From: Antedon mediterranea
Lineage: Eukaryota; Animalia; Echinodermata
NCBI RefSeq assembly: GCF_964355755.1
Contig: NC_092671.1
Location: forward strand, 13,454,001-13,518,000
DNA: 64,000 bases
Reading direction: 5' to 3'
How positions within the stretch are numbered: the stretch's first letter is position 1; every line of letters begins with the position of its first letter. Of the stretch, positions 24,008 through 36,000 are shown one piece after another. The position numbers were made by a program, and so were the translations under genes. The notes beneath the pieces were generated by a model, which was not told the DNA's origin, did not search any database, and worked only from the letters and a program-made list of their open reading frames with translations.

Positions 24008-27000
24008 GTAGGCTATATAATGTGTAGTGTTTCATTAAATTATACGCTATGTTTAGGTGTATTTTTATTTTAGTGTTATGTGTTTGAAATGATTTCCAGT
24101 GAGTGGCAGTCCATCCAGTGGCTGCTGTGTGTGTACCACACTGAAGTGGGTGGGTGTTTCCTCTGTGTGTGGTGATGATGGGTGGCACATTATTGAGTTG
24201 ATATGGATTGCTAAAGTAGAGGGCCAACTAGATTAGGCCTACCTACAATGTATCTAGAAAGTGCCTACTATTTTACAGTATTGATATTATCACGGTGCCA
24301 GGTAGAGTAGGCTAGAACGTACCTCCCTGGCCCTTGCTTGGTGGCAGCTTTACACTCGATGATTTGCGAATAGAGAAAAGGCAGGTGGTGTCAATGAGTC
24401 CCGATTTCCTTGTGTGCACTCGCCATACATAAAGGTAAGTGAGCCTAAAGACGATATGGCCTAATTGGCTTGATGTTTCGTTGAAGCTCAACTTGGCCTC
24501 GACTCAAAGGGTATAAGTCCTTTCAGCATCACAAGAAAGCAGAGGTACACTAGTATAGAATATCTTGTAATATGTTAATAATTGGGTTATAACTATTATA
24601 CTGTATAAAGGTTTTAGCAGCCAATCAAACAGGTAGCAATTGCGATATTGGTGAGTGTCACATTGGTGTCATCGTCACATTGCTGTCACCAAGGAGTTGG
24701 TAATTAACAACCCTCTTGCATCATGTAACTTTCAAATCTTTTAAAAAATTAGGGTGCATTAAAAACTTGATTTACCAAGAACAGGTAGACAAATGTTTGG
24801 GAATATTAGGAGTCTCACCAAAGCGTCCTGTTTTTAAAATATGACATGATTATTGATAAATCAATTTTCTTGAAATCGGAACACACACTCCAGAATGCAC
24901 CAAAATGTAGTTAATAGTAAATACCTCTTTTAGTGTTATAAGCAGAAAAATGCCGGTGCTACATTCTCAAAATAATTATTTCTCAAAATGATACAAAATA
25001 TTGTGTAAAAATTGAATTTTTATTTAAAATCTACTAAAATCCGTTTCCAAAGGTTATTATTAACAATACTGTAGATAAACGCAATCAATACACCAGTATT
25101 AAGTTTTCTATTGTAATTTTACAAGGATTTTAACTACAAAAAGAAGCATTCCTATTGTGCAGTGTGGCATGCCTTGTTCTTTACCAAAGATTTTCTTGTT
25201 TGTTATGCTGTTAGTTGTTTCAAGGTAACAAACTACTTTTTAAAATAATAGATGTACAGTGTAAGTCCAAATAGTACTATATGTGCTGCAATAAAATTTC
25301 TATATTTCCAGTTTATTTTCTTATTGCGATGAATTTTTAAGTCATATTTACTAACAACTTAAGCAAATATCAGTGGTACTGACATATGCCCCATGGGGCA
25401 TATGTCAGCATTGATCATCTTGAACCTGAAATGGGTTTACCTACATCACATCATTTGGGCTTGTTAGAAGTTTTAATCCCAGTTTGGACTTGGACCATGT
25501 TACAATTAGTTCCAGTTGATGATTGACCAAATGTCAATTTCACATGATAGCTTGACTAAGATGATAACAAATGACAATGATAAATCCACATATGGCGGCA
25601 GGGGTTCGACCTTCCCGATCACAGATTCCATTGTTATGTTCATTTTGGAAACAAAGGTTTATTGTTTATGTTGGGATGAGTTGTGTTTTCTGGGCTAGGC
25701 CATGTGATACTGATCAAAGTTGTTAACAAAAGGCTAAATTATTTAAATAATAATTTATTGAAACATATCTTTAAATTGATGAATGAATCAACTAAAACAA
25801 TTAATGCGCCAAACCAAGGTATATTATACGGACCACACTTAAACATGGAAGACTAAGTACGTACAGTAACATACTATATAACAAGAAACATGTAAGGACA
25901 GTAACCACTCCCATGTAGCCTACATAAAACAGAGTAAACTGGGTTTTGTCTTACTATATAAACACAATCGGTATTCAGAAACACACCAATGACTCAGTAT
26001 TCCAGTGCATGGTATTGAAATAATCCTACATTCAGACTACAGTTTAAATCAGGGATCTAAACAGAAAGATTCACAGCAAGTATTATAGATATTGACTGCT
26101 TAGAGGTTAAATATAACTTATATTAAATATTAACTTAATATCATTCCCGAGGGGATGTCTAATCTTATATTTTACCGATATAAAAGGCGATTTATCTGTT
26201 ATATTACATAGCCACCAACAAGTAGAATATCTGCTGAGTCGGGTTGCTAGGCTAGGCCTAGGCCTTCTTTTTGTATTGTGTGTAAACAAGCTGCCCAGAC
26301 ACCTTAACCTTTCGAAGAATAATATACAGATAATTAATAATTAATGGCAGTAAAATATTCACTAGCCTAGGTCGTTTAAATAATAACAGAAGAATTTCTA
26401 TCAATAAGCCCACATTAATAATAATATTATCAGGTAGACCGAATAAATAATAATTCGTCTTCTTCGATCGTGTGCCGAATCACCGGATGTTCAGTGCGTC
26501 GCGCGCGTATCGGTTACTACTGTGAGTATTAACCAATCACAAACGGTCTTTCATCACATCTAGGGAGGACTAATAACAAATGAGGGCGCTATGTATGCAT
26601 AGTTTAAATAGTTTAGTTGAGTAATTTCTTCAAGCAAGTTCCGTGGCGCAGCGCATGTAGCGTTGTCTTGTGATGTAGTGACAATTTCATCGCGAGTTCA
26701 AGACCCAGTAGATGACTTTTGTTTATTTATCGGCAAACGCGAGTGTTGCCACACGAAAATTACATAGACCCCATTTACACTTCAGCTTTTAGCGAGCCCG
26801 AGGCCGGCTCCGAGCCAAAAGTGCACAAGTGTAAACACTCTGGGAACAACCGAGCCGGCCTCGAGCCGGCTCAATTTTTAGCCTAGTCTAGAGTAGGCTT
26901 TGGGCCGGCAATTGCGGGCTTCGGGCCGGCACTTCGTATAGTGTAAACACTCGCGGTCATAAAATGAACGTTCTGGGTCAACCATAGTTTAAAGTTTACG

Positions 27001-30000
27001 AAACTTATTGCTGATGAACGGGAATTCTTCATTGAAAATAAATTGGTGAAGATGTATACGCCTTTTTCACGAAACGGAAGACATCTTCGATCGATGACAA
27101 ACAATGCCGTGCAACAAAGCGTAACCAACAGAAATAACATAGCGTTTTCAGGGGATTTCTGGACACCATGCTTATACACTGTGGTGTTTTTTTTCGATGG
27201 CCTTTAAGAAGTGAAAACAAATTTTCTAATTTTTTTCAATCACAGAGTTATGTAGGCTAATCTTTAAAGAACATTTTACAGGAAAAATTTGTCCATACGG
27301 CTGTCCGTTGAGGAGTTACGAATTAACGGAGTAACTTGTCCTCAGAAAATAGGCTGAAAACGCTATGTTATTTCTGTTGGTTACGCTTTGTTGCACGGCA
27401 TTGTTTGTCATTGATCGAAAATGTCCTCCGTTTCGCGAAAAAGGCGTATTGATCTACTACTATTCTTCAGAAAACGAGACGCAAACATTAGTAGTAAAGC
27501 AATAATACAATTGTTTTGATCCATATTAAATACCGTTATTTGATTCTTTTTTGCTAAATTTCGATACGGTCTAGGCCTAGTGTAGATCGACAACGTTTAA
27601 TAATATTAACTTTTTAAGACGGTTGGTGGGCGCACATGAGTGGATATGACGTGAATGTAGCGAAATCGTATCATCGAGCACTCTTCCGCGAGAGTAAGTG
27701 TAAACACAATAGTAGGGGCCCGAGGCCGGCTTTTTAGGTAAGTGTAAACACATTGCGGGCTAAAAAGAAAGCCGGCGTCGGGCCGACTTGGGGCCGGCTA
27801 AGAAATCGTCGATGAAGTGTAAATGAGGTCATAGTCAATATCATCGTACTCGAGAATTTATATGATTAATGACAGGGACACGATAATTACGCGAAAATTA
27901 CTCAGTCAATATCATCGTTCTCGAGGATATATACGATTTACGATCCTCGCAGCGGTAGTCATGTGATGCAGTTTCAACCAATCACGGTCACGTATTTACA
28001 TACCGTAGGCTATGTAATATATAAAAATACTACATACAGTATGCTTCTTAATGTGTAAAATAGGTGAACATTAAGCTTCTTAACACATTGACTGCCAAGG
28101 CATTTTCCATAATTTCTGTCCCAGTGCCAAGTCCCGTTTACATATTAAATTACAGTTTGAAAGTGTAACATCTGGTCACAGACTATCATGATGTCATTCA
28201 AAATATTTTTAGATTATCGTTTACGTACATCATTCATAAACTGCCATGCGATAATTCCTGTTCCAATCACCACTGCCAGCGATTCTACATACAATACAAA
28301 AGTGCTACGATTTTGACGTAGTATTACGTCTTGGCAAGTAGCGACACGCAATTTTTGACGTATAAATACGCCGTGGCAGTGAACGTGTTAAGTAGGTCTT
28401 TTTTTTTAACTCCTTTAAAGAAATTGAATAAATGAATATGTTATTGTAGTTGTCAGGCATGCAGTACACAACCAACAATTAATCTTTAGCCGGTTTAAAA
28501 GAAGTAGTACCCATTAAATCCACTCGATTATTTTTTTTCATTGTGAGGATTCTTTTCGAAGGTCATGAGATTTAATTGTTTGGAGTGGAAGGGGACATCC
28601 ATTCTCAGGCTCTGGTATTGTAGAAAAAGTACCATTTTTAAAAAGAATCGAAATGTTCTGCTTGTTATCAAGTTGTTCCCCATGTTATAGAAGATCCCTT
28701 GCTTAGGGACACATCCCTAAAGGCATTAAAGGCATATAGACAATTGAACATTAAATAAGGGGACACTTTGTTGTTGGATCGTGAATGTGTTCCTTTAATA
28801 TAATGTTAAAGATGTATTGTCTCTTTGTCAAATTCCAAAAAAAAAAAAAAAACGATTTCGAAAAAAAGTGGGTCATTTTGAAGTATCATAATAGTTATTA
28901 ATTTTCACCAAAAATGAGTCGGAAAAAAAATCATTTAAAATGGACCTGAAATGGAATTTCGATTTTCAAAAAATTCACACATGTTATTTAAATGTATCAA
29001 ATTAACACAAACCCACACAAATAAAAACAAAATGTATAGTATTTTGAGTAAAAACGAAATTTTAAGATACCATGGTAAATTAGCGAAAATTACTCACGCC
29101 ATTGCAATATTCTATTTCAACGGCCGTCGGAAGCCTCTATATTCACGACGTCACATATACATACGATGATATCGAGAGTATCTAATGTTGTTGAAATATA
29201 GGTCCCTAAAATGTACTTCGTTTGTTCTAAAACCCGAATTTAGAAGGCCTACCTCCCAAACATTTACTAGGCCTAGGCCCCCAATCCAGAGCGCGGAGTC
29301 GATCCACCACCCACATCATGCGTTTCATGTGCATCCAAGGACCAAAGCGATATCAACAACTTGCTGCGCTCATTGTCAAGCCAAAGTAAAATATGAATAA
29401 AATTCGTTTTCGAACTGCCTGATTCATGACAAATAAATTATCATCTCATATTACTAATTTAATTCTGCTAAACTAAAAACTAAAGAAACTAACACGTATT
29501 AGCAGTATAAATTACGAACGATATACAAAATACACGAACGGAAAATATGGATACGCATCATTGCGCACAGAGCTGTATCCCGGACAACGTTGCCAGGCCA
29601 ACTTCGGTATTGCCAGAAAAAAACTGTTTATTTTAAGATTTTAAATCGTCATTTACTTGATGAATAACCGTTTATACGGTAATAATTTTATCTAAAAAAT
29701 TTCTAAATACGTTTCTGCAAATGCACAAGCATTTTTTAGAAAATACTCCATAGATTTCAAGAGTTATAGCCAAAAAACTGCAAATTTTCCATTGGAGGGA
29801 TAGGAATATATTCGCAAAGTGACGTCACCCGCGAATTTTTTTGATTTTCAAATGGGGCATTCCCCAAAAGGGCCAATTTATATTTTGTAACAATATACAT
29901 TCTAGCAACACCTAATAGCCCCCAAAACATCATTCTAAAATGAAAAAAATTGAAAATCCATTTCAGGTCCATTTTAACTGAAATACAGACGTTTTTTGGT

Positions 30001-33000
30001 TCAAAAAATAACTTTGATTTCCAGTCAAAGTTTTCTATCAAAACATATATCTCATAATGCAACGCGCTTATTTGGCTACTCTGTATGCATAATCATAAAA
30101 CTTCTACGCGATCTGTGTAAGAAAACCTTCTCATCCGTGACGAGTTGACAGTAAATAATCCTAATTAGCATCATGCATAATGTATACTCATGGTTTGAAA
30201 TCTTTGTTTACTTTCGCTCGGGACAATTATCCAGATGAAATGTAATCAAATTAATTTAGCTGTTAATTACGTAAAATTGTTGTTTTTGGCTCGAATTTTC
30301 GACTTAAGGTGAATAACTTTAATATTACTTTGATATGGCCAATTTATATTTAGAATATTTTAAACCTCATTTTTTGGTGTTTCAAGGGACAATACATCTT
30401 TAAATTGATAATGAATAGTTATATAGCGCCATGTCCGCATGTGATTTCTTTAGTTTGGGGTGTTTTTTTCTTTTCTTTTTCCTTTGTTATGAGTTGTCCA
30501 AATGTAAATCTGAAAAGACTTGTTATGTTTTAATTAAATACTGTCCATACTGGGTGTGTAATATGTTAATTACTGATAAGAACATTGCATCTGTAAAAAT
30601 GATGGTAGTCTATATTTAGATTAGAGCAAGCCTTTTGAATGACAATATAATTTTGTTTTTGTTTTAATTTTGCAATTGTTCAGTACATAACAAAAGATTA
30701 GTAGTAGTAGTATCAGTAGTAGTAATGCTATAATAATCAACTACCCGTGTATATTATAGTTTATGTTAATGAGTTGACTGTACGTATGATAAGATAATAA
30801 TATCATTTCAAGTAAAAAAAATCTTTATTTTTTTAGCCTTTAACAAATCATCTTCAGTTGACACCTGTCAACGCAGCAAAATTTCCCGAGAGTGCGTGGA
30901 GGTTTACATTTTACACATTTTCATGGTCGTTTACAGCTTATGTAATTTTTTTTTGCGGATATGAAGTCTTTTACAAACCAAACATCATTTTCAAAGGTAC
31001 GTATTATTTTATAGTCACGTATTAAAATATTATGAAACACTGACAAATCATCTAGTCTATTGTGCCTAGCTTAACCTGGATAAACCAACAATAGCCTCTC
31101 CAAGGTGAGGAATACAATACAAAAAGAAGAGAAATGAAAAAGCATGCCCTGTAGTGTGGATCATCCCACATACAATCGTAACATCATTGTGTGTGTGCAG
31201 TATGTGTAATTCCATCCCCTATTTAGGTTAAATTTGGACACAAGGCTTGCTATTCCATTGTCTTACCCCAAATAAATTAATCCAAATATATTGCCTGGTA
31301 GTGGTTCAAAATTAGTTATTTGTACGTAACCAGGAAGTTGTGGTAAAATAATATTGCAGTGTAACTAAGGAGCTGAAGTTAGTACATTAAACATGTGACT
31401 ATTTTTTAATGTGTACTACTTTAATACACAAGAGTCAACATTTAATAAATGAAACAGTACAGATAACTAACTATTTAAAATGTAATATTCATCTTTCCTT
31501 CTTTCAGGGAACATTTTCGCCAGTGTAGCATAGCAAAAAGCTATACAAAACAACCTTATTGCTACACATTTTGAAAATTGTGTAGCAAAACATACTATAC
31601 AAAACTATGTTTCTCGACTTAAAAATCAGTTTGATTTGCAATATTACTAAACAAAATTTTTTAAAGAAAATTTTCCCTGTCTTTACAAGTAGAAACAGCA
31701 AAATCTTAGAACTTATTGCTGATTTGTTCATGCTTGTTTGATATCTGGTTGGGTATTTGTTATATTTTAATGCATCGCTAATCTCTAGATGCATTGATTT
31801 CTAAATCAATAATTAATACCAGTTTGGTCTACTCTATGATTATCTGTCTTTTATTATTATAAATCTTATTGGTATTAAAAATCGGTTATTAAGCCTCAAT
31901 GCATTTCATACATTTTTAATGTTTATGCTTCATTTGAGAAATTAATTTCTCATTGAGTATATAGTACACCTAGCATTAGTTTTGCCAAGCTGTCAAATGA
32001 CATGAACTTAATAATGAATTTTGTCAGACAGAATTAACTTCATAAAAACTTCAACTTAGACTCTATAATAATTGTCTGTATTACACCGAATTATTACTTA
32101 CAGTAATAACAATGGCCCTGTTTCTGCTGCCAAGAAAATACCGTATTTAATACGGTATTTTTTGAATACCGTATTTATACCGTATTTTTTTGGCAGCAGA
32201 AACTGCGCTCATAAAAAAAATACTACTAATAATTTTGTATACCGTATTTTCCCCACAAAATTTGTGGATAAAATACGGTATTTACAAATTTATACCGTAT
32301 TGTTTGTACCCATTTCTGCTTCCAATAAAAAATACCGTATTTTTTTTTACCTGCAACATGAGGTCAACATCGTTATTTTCTGTTGCTGTCAGCTGTTTTA
32401 CACACATGTATAGATATATTCGCCAAAAATGTGGAGCGAAGATGTTACAGTATTTACTATATAAATCTGTGTGGGGAGGGAGGAGGAGGGCAAGCTAAAA
32501 TGTCCGGCCAACTAAAGGTAATAAAAGGGACAACCGCATTTATAAAGACATTTCTAAAAATAAAGCAGGAGTACGGAATAGACTTGTCTCCAAAGCAAGT
32601 AAACTCAAAGCTGAAGAGCTGCGAAAGCAGTAACATTGCAAAAGACAATAACTCGGGGAGGAAACAAATTACTTGTCCCCATTACGATGTTTTCTGTGCT
32701 CTCACAACATCTGTGTCAATAGAGGATAGGCTGTTGAAAGTGAGGCGTAAAATTTCCTTTATTGCGACTTTTAATTATCGACCAAATAAATGAATGGCAA
32801 TTTGGGTAAAAATTATGAAATTTAACACGATCACCCAAGAAGAATTGTTAGCAGAAACGGGGTACTAAAAAATACGGTATAAAAAATACCGTATTTTATA
32901 CCGTATTTTGAGCAGTTGCAGCAGAAACAGGCCCAATAATTATCTTGTACAGTATTATTATTTTCAATATTGCAGTTTATTTTTGTGATGTTCAAAGTAA

Positions 33001-36000
33001 TATGACTTTACTATATGAATTATCAGTAGTTCCCAGTTTGTGGTATTTTGAGCACTGTAGGTATTACAGTAGTTACTTTTTTTGGATTTTGTAAAGGTAG
33101 AGATGTAGTACTGTAGACGTTAACGCGTCTACTTTGGTTTTGGTCTTGGCCAGCGGCTTGTTATAATTGTATCTTTCTTAATTTTCTACAGGTCTCTTTT
33201 GTCTTGATCCATAACAAAATCCCTGCAGAATTTAAAGTATTTGAGTTAAACTTCCATTTTCCGTCCTTTTTGTATTGGATATAAAACAAATTAATACAGC
33301 TTAAGTTGGCTCTGGTTATTTGACAGTGATACATCTAGGAAACAAAGGTCTAATTAAAAGAAAGATAACTGCTTATTGCATGTGTCATGAGGCAGCTATT
33401 GCTATATTATTGATTAGTGAATATGATTAATAATATTGTAGTCGAGTGGCCAAGCAGTTAAGGCACAGTGCTGCAAACCATAGCTATATATATTGTTCTG
33501 GTTGTAGTATTCTCGGGTAAGGACTTAAAACTGGATGTCTAATGTACACATCTGGCTCGTTTGCACCCAGTACATCTTTTGGAAGAGTAGGGGTTACCCC
33601 GGTGTACTGATCCATGCAGCCCCTGTCATTGTGGACAGACAAACGGGTGCCATTTGGTGGCAGCACTCGACGAGAAAGGCATCCCTTTGGAGAAGAAAGT
33701 TGTGACATGGGTTGTCCACACCAGTGCGCAATTCAGAAGAAGGCTGTAAGTCGCACTCTGTAGTATATACAGTATAATATAACACTATCAGTGAACTGTG
33801 TATAGAGCTTTTACTGGCAAGATTTTTTAAATACACTGTAGAGTTTAAAAAGTGGGTCACAGTTTACAACAAAAAGTGACCATTGGTTGACTAAAGCTAA
33901 ATTGACTTGTGTTCTATTGATTTTTCGTGGTACTCCTCAAGGTATAAAGCATATTAATTGATATCCTGTTTCTCATATTATTTAGAATCTAATGTCAATG
34001 TCATTGTCAATTTCCTATAGGGTCCAATCCTTCAATACCAATGTAATGCAAAATTACTTTTGTGTATGATTCAATGTATTTTGATTTCATACAGTGTTTG
34101 GTATTGTGGATGCAGTATTGACAAGAAGCTGAATGTAATCAAATGCTAGAACTTTAGTCATACTTTAAACTGTCTGTAAGATATTCTATGCACTGAACCC
34201 AGGTTCAACAATCCCAGAAACTTGTTCATTAGCATGACAAAACAGACACGAGACTAAATAAACTAAAAGGTTCATATCCTGGTCTCCACATCTTGCATCG
34301 CATACAGTACTTGTACTTTGTGTCCAGCTTCTCACATAAGTCGTAAATGTTTTTAAGTCCAACAAGATGAACATGGTTGTTTTAACTGTTTTGATAAAAA
34401 AAAATGGGATACAAACAGTGAACAAAAAAACATTGGCGCTTGAACAGGTCTAATCCAAGCTACTGTATAAGCAGCAGCATGTGTGGGCAAGTTTTAGCAA
34501 ACCACAATCAACAACAACTTTATTTTACTTTACAGTATATTATTTGTAGGATTGATCATCCTTGACTAGTAAAGACTAAATATTTAAGATTAAATGCATG
34601 CTTTTGTGATATTAATTTGTGTAATATAAAAAGAAATTTCTGTTTATTAAGAGACAATTTAGTGTCTAAGGTGCTGTACAGTATATAATCAGTATATTGC
34701 AGTATCCATTGTATATAAGAGAGTGCTTGTATGTTTTTTACTACTCCACACATCCATATACATGGGCTATCAACAATATTGGAATTGTACTGGGAAGGTT
34801 TTAAACTACTTTTAAAATCTGTCCATATGTGGGGAGAGGGAGGAAATGGGGCATGGTGGCATTCCCCAATTTAGAGCAGGTTTCTTTGCTAGTTTTATAA
34901 ATACTTTATACTCACTCATTACTAATTTCAGGCTGGACAGTTGGATCATTGGTTCCATCTGAAATTTACTGGTTGTATGCCGTGCAAGGATCATTCTATC
35001 TTCATAGTATGTTTGCTACTATTTTCTTGGATGTATGGAGAAGTGATTCCCTTGTACTATGTATACATCATGTTCTTACACTGATACTTATTACATTCTC
35101 ATATACTGTCAGGTAAGTGGGCTATCTTCTACCCTACAAGCTTTTTTTAAACTTTCGCTTTTTACAACTTACAATACTTACCAATGTACTGTATCTCTCT
35201 ATACAATCTTTTAACCTCAAATATGACCATTAATCATGTGAGAGATTCTCATGTGTCGGTTATTGCACTTTATACATTATTATACATTTAAACAAAAGGC
35301 ATCAGCCATGTTACAGATATCGAAACTAAAAGGATATAGAATAATGTTTTTATAGCTTCTTCAAACTTCTTTATTTCAGATATCATGTGTTAGGTTCTTT
35401 GGTTTTATTATGCCATGATTTTAATGACATATTCCTGGAATTAGCAAAATGTTGCGTTTATTCTAAACCAAGAAAAAATGGATCTAAAGTTGAGATTTAC
35501 GAAACACTTGGAAACATATGTTTTGGTGTATTTTTTGTGTCATGGTAAGTAGAACCCTCATAGTTAATGTCTTTTGTTAAGCTCACAAAAGCAAACATCG
35601 TTAACATTTAGGTTTGTAGCAGAAGATTTCCAATTATCACTAGGTGATCCAATCCACACTTACAATTTTGCACCGACCAATATCTAGGACTATGTTTGTG
35701 TATTCAAGGAATTTTGGACATCGCATTCTTTTCACTTATTTGTCTCTGATTTGCTAGTAGAGAATGCATCCCAGAAAACCTAGAATATAACCTGCCATAG
35801 AGGTGTTATGCAACTAGAGAGTAAACTCCAACCACACAATCTCGGCTCAAAAAGCGAGCCACCATCGAGAATGACCCACCCAATATGGCTGTATCAAATA
35901 AGTCAATCCGATAAACTGGTCATGCCCACTACTACATCACATACCACTATCACTATGTGACTCATGATGAATGTTTACCAACATTTTATTCATTGACTTC

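Larger units (their letters stand above)
26140..28021 (-). mobile_element. DINE-1/Helentron-like (or Crypton-like) non-autonomous element, interrupted by a Harbinger MITE
   Basis: 14-bp inverted repeat TATATTACATAGCC (26200-26213) / GGCTATGTAATATA (28008-28021). A partial IR lies next to the right copy and a short hairpin CATTCCCGAGGGGATG (26142-26157) lies outside the left copy. The internal repeat CGAAAATTAC..AGTCAATATCATCG is split by the MITE. Confidence 0.5.

Noticed and set aside
26638-26720. Functional tRNA gene
   Set aside because: A and B boxes are present but the acceptor and anticodon stems do not pair; kept only as a tRNA-derived cassette.
29757-30062. Similar ORFs at 29757 and 59324 (GVARMYIVTKYK)
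   Set aside because: Both lie in copies of the same Kolobok-like non-autonomous element and are not conserved in frame.
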